Below, one piece after another: positions 8,909-19,545 of a DNA stretch of 64,000 nucleotides (positions are counted from its first letter, which is position 1; each line of letters opens with the position of its first letter). The position numbers and the translations under genes were made by a program. This DNA comes from Microcoleus sp. (lineage in GTDB: Bacteria; Cyanobacteriota; Cyanobacteriia; Cyanobacteriales; Microcoleaceae), in the NCBI GenBank assembly GCA_042408215.1, contig JAYFMW010000006.1:704001-768000 (forward strand). Direction: 5' to 3'. The notes beneath the pieces were generated by a model, which made no database searches, was not told where the DNA came from, and was given only the letters and a program-made list of their open reading frames with translations.

Positions 8909-10942
8909 TTATAACTCCAGTGCGAGGTGAACTAATTCTACAACTTGTACATTTGTGTATCCGATCGGGAAAACTTGCGTCACAAAACCATCTCCATCGT
9001 AGAAAACTTGCATTTTGAGAGCGCCCATGTCTGATTTGAGATAGTAAATTTCGTGATAATCATGGTGTTCAATTCCCTGAATTACTATTTTGTGTGGGTC
9101 GAGTTTGGCTTTAATTAGATCGTGAACTGTTTGCTGAAATTCATTTCCTAATCGCAGTTTTGATGTGATAGCATCCACAACGACAGTGGCAAATTCAATC
9201 GGCTCAGATTTCACAGTTTCAATTCGCGTCACCTGAAATTTTCCATTATAATGCAAGCGAAGAGAACACATTTCTGTATCGTCTTCTGAGCTAAAACCAT
9301 AAACTTCCTGATAACTATTATGCTTGTATGAAATTACCTGAATTCTATGAAATGTAAGACTTTCCGCGATATGCAAGTAAAGATTTTTTAAAGGTTTTTC
9401 CAGGATAGGGAAAGCCGAAATATTTGCATTACCTGATTCTGAATCAGGGTCAAATGCAATGATATCCTTGAAAACAACAGAATCTAGCTTGCCTTGACTG
9501 CCGTTCCAAGTTGCTTTAAAAAATGGTGTAATCGAGGAAAAATTCAGGATAAAAAGTCGATTTTGGACTACAGAAAACAAGGTATAAACCCATCGAAAAT
9601 AAGTGGCATTTGTTTGTCCCTGGCCAGTCTCCATATTCGCGATCGCAGTTTTAAACTTCTGCCCCTGGGCGCGATGCAGAGTCAGCGCGTACCCAAACCT
9701 CAGACGCGCTGCGTTTAAGTACGGATCGTTGCGTAGAAACTTTGCTTCGCTAGAATTGTCCGATTCCTCTGATTCTATTACCTGTTTCTGCTGTTGTTTA
9801 AATCTGGTTGTTGCTGAAACCCGCAGAGCTACAAGTGTGTCCTTGTCAAATTCTGGTTTTTCCGCATATAAATAATCGCTCAAGCAGAGGAACTCGACCT
9901 CTTTACCGTTCTCAAGTAGCCGCACTCTAATCCGCAAAAAATTTATCTGAATTGGCTGTTCGCGTCCTTTCAGCGGTTGGATTAAGGGTGTATTGGGATT
10001 AACTTCTATGACTTCAGCAAAAGAGTTATTTGATATATAAGTTTGCTCTAGCTTTTGTTCATCTACTTCGACAGGACTATTGTGGATATGTACAATATCA
10101 CCTGCAACGATCTCTTTACCTCGACCAAAAAACTCTTGTCTAACCTGATGATTAATGCGGTTAACCAATTCGTTGGTGAAAACTATAAACTTGGTAAATC
10201 TGGAATCTTCCAGGAATACAGCTTTCGATATCTCCTGTTGGCGATCGCGATCGACTATTTGGATGCAATTCGAGTCATCGGCGATCGCTCTGAGCTGATT
10301 AAATCTGCTAAAATGTATGCTTTGAGCGATTTGTTGACAATTTTTGACAAACAAATTTTGCTGTTGGTCTGGAAGTATAAACTCAAGATTGATGCGATCG
10401 ATCTCACCGCATATCGCAGCCTGCAATCGCTCGTAACACAGCGCAGATTCATCTGTTTTACCTCTCGTTAGCTGAAACGGATCGCCCAGAAAAATCACCT
10501 GTCTTTGAGTCTTTTCAATTTCCGTATATTCCAAAAAATCCGTGATAAGTTTTCCGCTACCGTAACGAAAAACATCAGTTTCAAACTGTGAATCGGATAT
10601 CAAGTGGGCATCACCGACGATGTAAACCTGTTGCTCTGTATCCTGATTTTTGTTCAATCCATATACAAGCTGATCCTTCTCTACTTTATAATTTTTTGTG
10701 AAGATATGCGAGTAAATACTCTTTGACTCTACTGGATAAAGAGACGCAATTTTACTATTAGGAGCAAGCACAGAGTAATTTCGGCTTAATGATCTAGATG
10801 TATCGACCATAGCTTTTTGTAGAAGATGCAGGCCAGTTCCAATCATGCCAGTAACGATTAAAATCTTCTTTGAGGAACCTAAAAATTCCTCAACGCGAGC
10901 GACTACAGATTCTAGAGACTCAGGTAACTCAAGTTTAGCCAT
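8909..10942 (-). CDS. Degenerate RecD-like SF1 helicase fused to two TBP-like repeats
   Basis: FLGDPFQL and GYALTLHRAQG SF1 motifs. Walker A reads GMIGTGL with no Lys. Two C-terminal HxxYxE.Y...Y[ND]G repeats. Confidence 0.7.
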   Translation of the reverse strand: MAKLELPESLESVVARVEEFLGSSKKILIVTGMIGTGLHLLQKAMVDTSRSLSRNYSVLAPNSKIASLYPVESKSIYSHIFTKNYKVEKDQLVYGLNKNQDTEQQVYIVGDAHLISDSQFETDVFRYGSGKLITDFLEYTEIEKTQRQVIFLGDPFQLTRGKTDESALCYERLQAAICGEIDRINLEFILPDQQQNLFVKNCQQIAQSIHFSRFNQLRAIADDSNCIQIVDRDRQQEISKAVFLEDSRFTKFIVFTNELVNRINHQVRQEFFGRGKEIVAGDIVHIHNSPVEVDEQKLEQTYISNNSFAEVIEVNPNTPLIQPLKGREQPIQINFLRIRVRLLENGKEVEFLCLSDYLYAEKPEFDKDTLVALRVSATTRFKQQQKQVIESEESDNSSEAKFLRNDPYLNAARLRFGYALTLHRAQGQKFKTAIANMETGQGQTNATYFRWVYTLFSVVQNRLFILNFSSITPFFKATWNGSQGKLDSVVFKDIIAFDPDSESGNANISAFPILEKPLKNLYLHIAESLTFHRIQVISYKHNSYQEVYGFSSEDDTEMCSLRLHYNGKFQVTRIETVKSEPIEFATVVVDAITSKLRLGNEFQQTVHDLIKAKLDPHKIVIQGIEHHDYHEIYYLKSDMGALKMQVFYDGDGFVTQVFPIGYTNVQVVELVHLALEL

Positions 10943-11078
10943 ATAGCAATCCTAAATCATTCATGAGGATTTGTAGGGGTAGTGCCCCGTGCCTACCCCA
11001 GCATAAGCGGGGCAACCACGGGGAGTAGGGGTCGGATTGCCCCTACAAAAATTACACAACTGATTTAGGATTGCCATA
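10942..11078. mobile_element. MITE with terminal inverted repeats and TA ends
   Basis: TATAGCAATCCTAAATCA...TGATTTAGGATTGCCATA enclosing a GTAGGGG...CCCCTAC palindrome. Confidence 0.8.
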
Positions 11079-11486
11079 GCTCAATGACGATTAACTTTAC
11101 TAGCCGAATATTCTCACAGGTTGAGTACCACTAGCAATAGTTTTCAGGGAAAAGCAGTTTTTCTCAGTGATTCAGTAACGATCTCAATTTTTCTGTATCC
11201 TATATTACATGGAACTATCGGATTATTTGTGGCGGGCAAAAGTGCGGAGGTTCCCGCAATCCTAAGAGCTGTAAACCTTGGCTGCGAGAAAAATCCGGCG
11301 TTCCGACTCGCATCGGAACGGCTGGTTGATCGGCATAGGAGTTACCTCGGAGCGCGCGGTGTCCGTTGATACTGGTTGGTCGGGCAAACGGCTGAACTCA
11401 CCCGCATACTAAAAAACGCAGATGATTTAGAATCATCTGCGTTCATATGCGGTTTAATTAAACAGGAATTACGCACTGCGAATAAA

Positions 11487-11630
11487 GAAACCGGGTTTTT
11501 CCGAATTTGTCGGCTACAGCGAACTATTCTCATAAAAACCCGGTTTCTGGGTTACCTCCCAATAAAGAAACCGGGTTTTTTCCGAATTTGTCGGCTACAG
11601 CCAATTATTCTCATAAAAACCCGGTTTCTG
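11487..11630. repeat. Two tandem REP-like palindromic elements
   Basis: GAAACCGGGTTTTT...AAAAACCCGGTTTCTGGG occurs twice. Confidence 0.8.
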
Positions 11631-11666
11631 GGCCTTATGCTTAAGTCCTATTAAATCCTGTTAAAC

Positions 11667-13535
11667 TCAGGCCGCAGCCTTATCTAAAGGTTGCACTTCA
11701 GCCAGTAAATTGTGCAGCGCCTCACCTTCCACAACCTCAGTTTCCAATAGCTTCTGCGTAATTGTTTCCAACAATTCCCGATTAGCTTTCAGAATATCCA
11801 AAGCTTGCTGATGTGCAGTTTCCACAATTTCTTTGACTTCCCGATCGATCGCCTCCGCAGTTTGAGCACTCACCGCACGGCGCGCATTTCCCATACCATC
11901 GCTGAGGAACATCGCCTGCTGACCGCGATCGTAAGCTAGAGGCCCCAAAACCTTACTCATCCCGTAAGTTGTCACCATCCGTTCAGCTAAATCAGTCGCC
12001 CTTTGTAAGTCGTTGGAAGCGCCAGTAGTGATGCTACCAAACACAACTTCCTCAGCCGATCGCCCGCCCAACAAAGTCGCAATTTGACCGCGCAATTCCG
12101 ACTCATCCAACAAGAAACGGTCTTCAGTCGGCAACTGCAAAGTATAACCCAAAGCAGCCATACCGCGAGGGACGATCGAGATTTTCGCCACTTCGCCGCC
12201 ACCAGTCATCAGAGCACCAACTATCGCGTGCCCAACTTCATGATAAGCAACAATAGTTTTCTCCTTTTCATTGAGCACCCGGCTTTTCTTTTCCAAGCCA
12301 GCTACAACGCGCTCAAACGCCTCTAAAAAGTCTTCCTGTGCCACAGCGAGGCGGCGGTTGCGGGCTGCTAGCAAAGCAGCTTCATTGACCAAATTTGCCA
12401 AATCTGCGCCCGAAAAACCGGGGGTACGAGTGGCGATCGCCTTCAAGTCAATATCCGGGCCCAACTTCACCTTTTGAGAGTGAATGTTCAAAATTGCTTC
12501 GCGGCCAGATAAATCCGGGCGATCGACCAAAACTTGGCGATCGAAACGGCCAGGGCGCAACAAAGCAGCATCCAAACTTTCCGGGCGGTTAGTTGCAGCC
12601 AGCACAATTACCGTAGTATTTCCCGCAGCAAAACCATCCATTTCAGTTAATAATTGATTGAGAGTTTGTTCCCGTTCATCATTCCCACCAAATGCAGAAT
12701 TAGTGCTACGAGCTTTGCCGATCGCATCCAATTCATCTATGAAAATAATACAAGGAGCCTGTTTCTTAGCCTGCTCGAATAAATCTCTAACTCTAGCAGA
12801 ACCAACACCTACAAACAATTCCACAAACTCCGAACCAGAGATGCTAAAAAACGGCACTCCCGCTTCACCAGCCACTGCTTTTGCTAACAGCGTTTTGCCA
12901 GTTCCCGGAGGCCCGACTAACAGCACGCCCTTCGGAATTCGCGCGCCAATGGCCGTAAATCTGTCTGGAGTTTTCAGGAACTCAACAACTTCGACCAATT
13001 CAGTTTTAGCCTCTTCTACTCCTGCGACATCAGCAAAAGTAATTTTCGCCGATTCTCCTTCCACGTAGACCTTAGCCTTGCTTTTGCCGATCGAGAGAGC
13101 GCCCTGTGGGCCGCCACCGCCCCGGTTCATGAAAAATTGAAAAATCGCCACAAAAATCAGCGGCGGGATTACCCAGCCCAAAACACTGGTAATCCAGCCA
13201 TTTTTAGCCGGCGGAGCTGCTGCAAATTCAACGCCTTTTTCTTCCAAAAGTTTAGGCAAATCCAGGTCAAAAATCGGCGTAGTTGACAGAACTTGACCGG
13301 GTTTGTCACCTTCGCCTTTTAGTTGATAGCGAATTTCATTTTGACCTACCGAAGCTCTGACTACATCTTGTTCTTGCACTTGATGAACGAACAAGCTGTA
13401 GGGCACTTGGGGAATTTGAGGGCCGAACAAATTAGGCAAAAAGATGTTAGCCAGTAGAAACAGACTTGATAGCAATAACAAGATATTGCTGATTTGGCGA
13501 AAACGAGGGGGTTGGGGCTGGTCTTTAATTGCCAT
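11667..13535 (-). CDS. ftsH: ATP-dependent zinc metalloprotease FtsH
   Basis: Two TM helices, [22 protein letters not shown] and HEVGH. Confidence 0.97.
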   Translation of the reverse strand: MAIKDQPQPPRFRQISNILLLLSSLFLLANIFLPNLFGPQIPQVPYSLFVHQVQEQDVVRASVGQNEIRYQLKGEGDKPGQVLSTTPIFDLDLPKLLEEKGVEFAAAPPAKNGWITSVLGWVIPPLIFVAIFQFFMNRGGGGPQGALSIGKSKAKVYVEGESAKITFADVAGVEEAKTELVEVVEFLKTPDRFTAIGARIPKGVLLVGPPGTGKTLLAKAVAGEAGVPFFSISGSEFVELFVGVGSARVRDLFEQAKKQAPCIIFIDELDAIGKARSTNSAFGGNDEREQTLNQLLTEMDGFAAGNTTVIVLAATNRPESLDAALLRPGRFDRQVLVDRPDLSGREAILNIHSQKVKLGPDIDLKAIATRTPGFSGADLANLVNEAALLAARNRRLAVAQEDFLEAFERVVAGLEKKSRVLNEKEKTIVAYHEVGHAIVGALMTGGGEVAKISIVPRGMAALGYTLQLPTEDRFLLDESELRGQIATLLGGRSAEEVVFGSITTGASNDLQRATDLAERMVTTYGMSKVLGPLAYDRGQQAMFLSDGMGNARRAVSAQTAEAIDREVKEIVETAHQQALDILKANRELLETITQKLLETEVVEGEALHNLLAEVQPLDKAAA

Positions 13536-13747
13536 TGATAATCGTCACCCTTTTAGTTAAATTTGTTTTATTCATCTATTTTGCCATCAAATAGGCACGC
13601 ACTGTCAAGCGGATTTCCTCACTTGATTAGTCGGTTAACCAGCCAGTGCCGTTTTGCTGAGATTAAAAGATGACTGTTAATGCTATATTTGTTGTTAATA
13701 TTTAAGATTTATTTGTTATTTATTAAGAGTTATTTATTCTTTGTTGG

Positions 13748-13843
13748 TTCCAATTCCCAATTCCCAATTCCCAATTCCCAATTCCCAATTCCCAATTCCC
13801 AATTCCCAATTCCCCATTCCCCATTCCCCATTCCCCATTCCCA
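13748..13843. repeat. STRR heptamer tract (CCCAATT/CCCCATT)n
   Basis: Directly visible tandem 7-mers. Confidence 0.9.
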
Positions 13844-13851
13844 AATCTCCA

Positions 13852-15327
13852 ATGTTTCAAACCACCCGCCGCCGCCTCGCTATTTGGTACACAGCCGTTA
13901 CTGCTGTACTATTACTTGTATTCGCTACTGGCTTCTATTTCTACGTCCGCAATACTTTAATCGAACGCATAGATGACACCCTCAATCACGTTGTCGAAAT
14001 AGTAGAACGAACCCTCGTTATCGAACCGCTAACTTCCCCTACTACCGAAGCTAAAAATAAATTGCAAGTGAATATTCAAAGCAGTTTTCGAGACAGCACA
14101 GATGCTGTAGAAGATGACCACATTGATTTAGAGTGGTTCAGTTCTACAGGCGAATTGCTGTGGTCTACTTTGTCGGAACCGCTGAATATTCCGATTCACG
14201 CTAACCGCACTGGCGAAACGGTTTGGGTTAATCATAAGTTGCTGTTTGATGGAGGAGAGAAGAGGGATTTAACCGCAGAGGCGCAGAGGGCGCAGAGGGG
14301 AGAAAGTAGAGATTTAGATAGTCCCAATCGCGTCTCGACACAACCGGTTAGTATTCGTACAACTCAAAACTATTCTCTCAGACAAGTAACGCAGCGAGTG
14401 GAAATCGGTCGCCAAGTTTTGGGATATTTGCGTGTTAGTCATCCTTGGTTTGAAGTGACAAAACCGATTCGCCAATTAATTCTCGATTTGATTTTGGGCG
14501 CGGGTTTAACGCTAATTTGTGTAGCAGCTATTGGCTGGCTGCTGTCGGGATTGGCGATGGAACCAGTGCGAGCATCTTATCAGCGTCTTAAACAGTTTAC
14601 TGCGGATGCTTCCCATGAGCTCAGAAATCCGATCGCCACTATTCAAACTAATGTTCAAGTAGCTTTAGCGGAACCGGATATCGAACCTCAGCAATATCAA
14701 CAGCTACAAGTTATCGAACGCCTAACGCGCCGTTTGGGACGTTTAGTTGACGATTTGTTATTTTTAGCCAGACAAGACAGTGGCATCGTACAGCAGCAGT
14801 GGATTGATGTTCCCCTCGATGCTTTGCTGATTGAGGTGATTGAAGAACAACTGGCGATCGCCAAAACCCAAAATCTCTCTTTATCCTTAGAAATAGTCGA
14901 TTCACCCAACACAGAAGACAATTTTACAGTCTTAGGCGACTGGGATCAACTAGCCCGACTTTTTACCAATCTCCTTAGCAACTGCGTACAGTACACGCCC
15001 TCTGGCGGTGAAATTCAAGTAGAATTGCAACTTGCAGTCAAAAGCAAAATAACTGCGTCGATGTTAAATCCAGCACTGCAAGTAAAAGTAACAGACACCG
15101 GTATCGGCATTTCCCCAGAATCACTGCCGCACATATTCGATCGATTCTACCGCGCCGATCCCGCCCGCACCCACCGCAGCGCCGCCGGTTCCGGTTTAGG
15201 ATTAGCCATCGCCAAAGCCATTATCGAAAATCACCGCGGCCAAATCCACATAGACAGCCAAGTCTCTGAAGGTACCGCCGTTACCGTCACCCTCCCAGCC
15301 CACAAATCAGAAACATCACGCCCCTAA
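13852..15327 (+). CDS. Membrane sensor histidine kinase (ManS-like)
   Basis: [13 protein letters not shown] start, two TM helices, [10 protein letters not shown]-box, DTGIG and GSGLGL. Confidence 0.9.
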   Translation: MFQTTRRRLAIWYTAVTAVLLLVFATGFYFYVRNTLIERIDDTLNHVVEIVERTLVIEPLTSPTTEAKNKLQVNIQSSFRDSTDAVEDDHIDLEWFSSTGELLWSTLSEPLNIPIHANRTGETVWVNHKLLFDGGEKRDLTAEAQRAQRGESRDLDSPNRVSTQPVSIRTTQNYSLRQVTQRVEIGRQVLGYLRVSHPWFEVTKPIRQLILDLILGAGLTLICVAAIGWLLSGLAMEPVRASYQRLKQFTADASHELRNPIATIQTNVQVALAEPDIEPQQYQQLQVIERLTRRLGRLVDDLLFLARQDSGIVQQQWIDVPLDALLIEVIEEQLAIAKTQNLSLSLEIVDSPNTEDNFTVLGDWDQLARLFTNLLSNCVQYTPSGGEIQVELQLAVKSKITASMLNPALQVKVTDTGIGISPESLPHIFDRFYRADPARTHRSAAGSGLGLAIAKAIIENHRGQIHIDSQVSEGTAVTVTLPAHKSETSRP

Positions 15328-15507
15328 AACTTCCCCTCTTCCCCTCTTCCTCTGCGCCCTCTGCGCCCTCTGCGGTTAATAAAAAAAAATCTACCCCTCA
15401 AACCCTGATTCTTCCTACCTCGCGCCCAAACCCAACTATTAAAATTCAATTCCGCCATAGATTAACATTAGTTGGAAAACCTCGATCGAACTCGTGAGGA
15501 GTTATTT

Positions 15508-16065
15508 ATGTTTCACCACAATCAACCGTTCAAAAAATTCAGCTTGTTAGCAGCAGCCAGCACAGGTTTGCTAGTCTGTCTCGCCACCATTTCCCTTGCC
15601 GGCGGCCCACCACCCCAAGGAAAACCAGTTTCCCAACCCACTCCCTCAACAAATGGAAAGCCCGTCAGCGAACCAACTCCCGCTGAGACTCCGAGCACCA
15701 ATGGGAAGCCTACCACGCCCCAAGATGCCCCGCCCCGATTTCCGCTTCCCGCGGCCAGAGTCACGCCCACAGAAGGTATGGTGACAATCAAACTGGTCAA
15801 TAGCACCAATGCAGTCATCAATTATCAAGTGCTTGGTATTACCCAGCCCCGAACTCTGGGCGAACAATCAGAAATTTTGCTCACAAACTTGAAAACGCCA
15901 ATTACCCTGACTTATCAGCGCCCAGACGGCGGATTGCTGTTGGTGCGCCCCCAAGCAACCGCTACGCCGGGAATGTTGCAAGTCAGTTTTGGCGCCACAA
16001 CTGACTTGGGTGCTGATACAAAATCAATGGATATTCAGGAAGACGGGAGAGTATTTTTGAATTAG
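15508..16065 (+). CDS. Secreted hypothetical protein with Pro/Thr-rich linker
   Basis: GAGGAG RBS, signal-peptide-like N-terminus, PTPSTNGKP repeats. Confidence 0.7.
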   Translation: MFHHNQPFKKFSLLAAASTGLLVCLATISLAGGPPPQGKPVSQPTPSTNGKPVSEPTPAETPSTNGKPTTPQDAPPRFPLPAARVTPTEGMVTIKLVNSTNAVINYQVLGITQPRTLGEQSEILLTNLKTPITLTYQRPDGGLLLVRPQATATPGMLQVSFGATTDLGADTKSMDIQEDGRVFLN

Positions 16066-16400
16066 TCATTAGTCATTAGTCATTAGTCATTAGTTATTAG
16101 TTATTAGTTATTTGTTATTTGTTAGCTGCTAACAATAACTAATAACTAATATCAGAGCCTCCTTATTTCTTTATGAGGACAAGGCAATGCCGTTTCCCTA
16201 CCCCAAAATCATCGATCGCCCTCGATGATATCTGTAACCATCGCCCGATGAATTGTAGGGACACGGCACTGCCGTGTCCTGATGTCGGGGAACGGGTAAA
16301 ATCAACCGGATTGGATGATGAAATTGCCGATCGTGCGCTCGGATCTAACCATCAATAACACGGCCAACTCGGACAATGCCATGCCGTTTCCCTACCCCAA
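16062..16400. repeat. Heptamer tract followed by a REP cluster (GTAGGGACACGGCA.TGCCGTGTCC family)
   Basis: (TAGTCAT/TTAGTTA)n, then three palindromes at about 16175, 16255 and 16375. Confidence 0.75.
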
Positions 16401-16425
16401 AATAATCGATTGTGTAACAGCGATT

Positions 16426-17622
16426 TCAATCGCCGAGAGACAAAGGGGGTAACTGAGTAAAAGGTAAATCCTCGTTGACTGCATCAATTTCTGCCTGTTC
16501 TCTTTCATTGATTTGACCAATATAAGACTTGAGAATTTGCGCCAGACGATTGTTATAAAATCGGTGCAAACTATAATTTGGCGTAGCTGGAAAGCCTCGC
16601 CGTTTTTTGTGCCTCCCGCCAGCACCTGGATCGAAGGTTTGGATGCCCCGATCGATCGCCCATTCGATCGGTGTATAGTAACAAGCATCGAAGTGCAAGC
16701 AGTCAATTTCCTGCAAACTGCCCCAATAGCGCCCGTAAAGTCGATCGCCCTTATACAGACAAAAAGACATTCCCATCGGCTGTCTGTCATCTTCCTTGTC
16801 GTAGGCGGCGACAAACAAAACCCGATCGCGATAATTGTCATGCAACTGTTCAAAAAATCGCTTAGTCAAATACTTGCTTCCCCACCAGCCAAACTTGTCG
16901 CAAGTATTCTCATAAAAAGCATACATTTGGGCAAACATCGCTTGGGGAATTTCATCACCAGTCAAAGTTTTAATAGACAAACCTGCTGTTTCAACAGCTT
17001 TGCGTTCGCGCTTGATATTGCGGCGCTGGTTGGCATTAAATGCGCCTAGATAGTTATCAAAACTTTGATAGCTTTGATTTTGCCAAATATAACTGTGGTG
17101 CAGCCAAGCGCTAAAACCGTGGCGTTCCATGCGTTCGCGCCATGCGGGATCGACGTACAGGAAATTGCAACCAGAGATATTGTGGCGATCGCAAAAATGG
17201 TCGATCGCGCTTACCATTATTCCCGTTAACTCATCCTCATCTTCCCCATCAGCAATCAAAAACCGATAGCCTTCAGCCGGAGTAAACGGTGTCATTCCCA
17301 TCAATTTCGGATAATATTCAATACCCAAACGTTGAGCTAAATCAGCCCACTGATTATCGAATACAAATTCGCCGTAGCTGTGACTTTTGACATAAAGCGG
17401 CGCACAAGCAATCAACTGTTTCTCTCGCCAGACTGTCAAGTGATGTGGTAGCCAACCGTTTTTACCTGTCGCACTACCGGAAGTTTCGAGATTATTCAGC
17501 CAATCCCATTCGAGAAATGGCGTTTTTAGCGGCATCGCCAAGGTATCCCACGATGCTTGCGGGATGTCTGCTAATTTGCTAATCCAGGCTACAGAATATT
17601 GAGGTTTTGGCTGTTTCAGCAT
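16426..17622 (-). CDS. GNAT-family/FemAB-related protein (DUF482)
   Basis: HSYGEFVFD, LYGRYWG, CYYTPIEWAI and GAGGRHKKRRGF. Confidence 0.9.
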   Translation of the reverse strand: MLKQPKPQYSVAWISKLADIPQASWDTLAMPLKTPFLEWDWLNNLETSGSATGKNGWLPHHLTVWREKQLIACAPLYVKSHSYGEFVFDNQWADLAQRLGIEYYPKLMGMTPFTPAEGYRFLIADGEDEDELTGIMVSAIDHFCDRHNISGCNFLYVDPAWRERMERHGFSAWLHHSYIWQNQSYQSFDNYLGAFNANQRRNIKRERKAVETAGLSIKTLTGDEIPQAMFAQMYAFYENTCDKFGWWGSKYLTKRFFEQLHDNYRDRVLFVAAYDKEDDRQPMGMSFCLYKGDRLYGRYWGSLQEIDCLHFDACYYTPIEWAIDRGIQTFDPGAGGRHKKRRGFPATPNYSLHRFYNNRLAQILKSYIGQINEREQAEIDAVNEDLPFTQLPPLSLGD

Positions 17623-17655
17623 AGGGAGATTTGAGCGTAGAGCGAACTTCATCGA

Positions 17656-18140
17656 GACTTACGCAGAGATCCCCCTAAATCTCCCTTAAGAAGGGGGACT
17701 TTGATAATACTCTTGTCCCCCCCTCAAGAAGGGGGGCTTTGAATACTCTTGTCCCCCCCTCAAGAAGGGGGGCTTTGAATACTCTTGTCCCACCCCCTAC
17801 TCCCCTTCTTAAGGGGGGCTAGGGGGGATCGAGCTTTGAGACTCTCAATGCGTAAGTCCTGTTCATTTAACTTAATACAACTCCCTTATTTATGGGTATT
17901 TTGACTCTGCGATCGATCCCAGTTAACTCTTGTCCCCCCCTTCTTAAGGGGGAGTAGGGGGCAAGCTAAGGGGGGATCGAGCTTTGAGACTCTCAATGCG
18001 TAAGTCTTGTTCATTTAACTTAATACAACTCCCCTACTTATGGGTATTTTGACTATGTGCTCGATCCCAGTTAACTCTTGTCCCCCCCTTCTTAAGGGGG
18101 AGTAGGGGGCAAGCTAAGGGGGGATCGAGCTTTGAGACTC
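17656..18140. repeat. CCCCCTTAAGAAGGGGG-family element plus a ~148-bp tandem duplication
   Basis: Unit starts (CTA(A)GGGGGGATCGAGCTTTGAGACTC) at about 17819, 17966 and 18114. Confidence 0.85.
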
Positions 18141-18833
18141 CACCCGATAATGCAAAAACACCTCACCTCCCACCTGTTTTACCGCCAAAAGCTCCAATTT
18201 CGGCGCTAAATCCGCTAAAAAACCCTTTCCCTCCACAGGTGTCGGCGCATCCACGCCGCCCAAAATTAGCGGGCACACCGTCAGCCAGAGCTCATCTATC
18301 AAGCCCGCAGCGAGCACTGACGCGACAAGTTTTCCGCCTCCCAAAATTGCCAAACGTTTGATTCCGAGGGCTTCTAGCTGTTGAAACGCATCAATCCAAT
18401 CAATTTCTCCTGCTGTGGTTTTGGCTATTAATGTGCGATCGAACATACCGTCTTTCATCGGGTAGGGAAACGGCATTGCCGTCTCCTCTTCTGCCGTTTC
18501 CTCGTCTTTTCCAGTTAACAACCAGCGGGGAACCGGTTGCTGGAAAAATCGCCAGTTGGGGTCAAATTCGCGCGATCGCGAACAGACAATTTGCACCGGT
18601 TGTGGGGGCTTCCCTTGCCGTTCCCTCTGTTTGACCAAATCCGGCGAAATGACTCTCAGAGTGGTTCCATAGGCGCGTAAAGTGCCGTTTCCGAAGAGAA
18701 TTGCGTCACTGGCGGCGACTTGTTCTTCTAGGTGAGATTTGTCGTTAGCTGAACCGAATCTGGCGGCGGTGAGGGCGACATCTGTAATTTTGCCATCGGC
18801 ACTCATGGCGAGTATTACTGTTGTGTGGGGCAT
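18114..18833 (-). CDS. RibD C-terminal (pyrimidine reductase-like) family protein
   Basis: AMSADGKI, ILGGGKL and DELWLTVCPLILGG. Confidence 0.9.
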   Translation of the reverse strand: MPHTTVILAMSADGKITDVALTAARFGSANDKSHLEEQVAASDAILFGNGTLRAYGTTLRVISPDLVKQRERQGKPPQPVQIVCSRSREFDPNWRFFQQPVPRWLLTGKDEETAEEETAMPFPYPMKDGMFDRTLIAKTTAGEIDWIDAFQQLEALGIKRLAILGGGKLVASVLAAGLIDELWLTVCPLILGGVDAPTPVEGKGFLADLAPKLELLAVKQVGGEVFLHYRVESQSSIPP

Positions 18834-18974
18834 TTCATTTTAGAGTTGGGATTTTAGATTTTAGAATACAAAAAACCCGGCGGTTAGAAACCGCGTCTAC
18901 ACAGACAAAACCCGCCTGCGCGGGTTGAAGAGGCGATCGCGTGATTTAATGATACTTGTATGCTTAGTAATTAA

Positions 18975-19316
18975 TTGATGAGTGGAATTAATCGCCAAAT
19001 CACTCTTGACAGCAAGCACATTGCTAAACACTTGCCAGACACGCCACAAATGAGAAGATTGCTTAATAAAGGACGTGCTGCTCATGTTTTTAACAATGAG
19101 GCTACTATGAATCAGGTAGCTCAAGCTATCATAGAAGATGGAGAATTTACAGGTAGAATTCGCGGCTACGATTGTTATCGTATGTTCTTTGTTGAATCAA
19201 TTGGTTATAGAGTTGACCCGGATGGTAGCCATCTTTCACTTTATTATGGAGAGATAAAAGTTGATGCTGAAAACCGATACCACGCTACCCCTCGAAGCCG
19301 ATTTAGTCAAGAATAA
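18975..19316 (+). CDS. Hypothetical protein (DUF6972-like; possible RNase toxin)
   Basis: Small ORF with KH...HVF and a terminal YHATPR. Confidence 0.55.
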   Translation: MMSGINRQITLDSKHIAKHLPDTPQMRRLLNKGRAAHVFNNEATMNQVAQAIIEDGEFTGRIRGYDCYRMFFVESIGYRVDPDGSHLSLYYGEIKVDAENRYHATPRSRFSQE

Positions 19317-19533
19317 CTGGGAGTTTACAGAGGTATGGATCGATCCAAATCTTTCGCCTCCTTATCTGCTTTTGCTACTCAGTGATGCTGAGGGAAATTG
19401 TCGGATCTACGATCCGGCTGAGGGTTATAAAGTTGTGTTTTCTAGTCAGAGTTATGATGAGGCACAGTATTGGCTTTTGGAGGATGAGTATGAACCTATG
19501 GAAGGGCGGCTGAGAGTGTCAGAGTTAGTTTGA
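19264..19533 (+). CDS. Small acidic hypothetical protein (possible immunity/antitoxin)
   Basis: Overlaps the preceding ORF; YDEAQYWLLEDEYE motif. Confidence 0.55.
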   Translation: MLKTDTTLPLEADLVKNNWEFTEVWIDPNLSPPYLLLLLSDAEGNCRIYDPAEGYKVVFSSQSYDEAQYWLLEDEYEPMEGRLRVSELV

Positions 19534-19545
19534 ATAATTGATGGT

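Noticed and set aside
11121..11654. Short ORFs between the helicase-like gene and ftsH
   Set aside because: Largely made of REP sequence, with no recognisable motifs.
13680..13851. ORF extensions reading PIPNSQF repeats
   Set aside because: Translation of an STRR heptamer tract; the kinase most likely starts at 13852.
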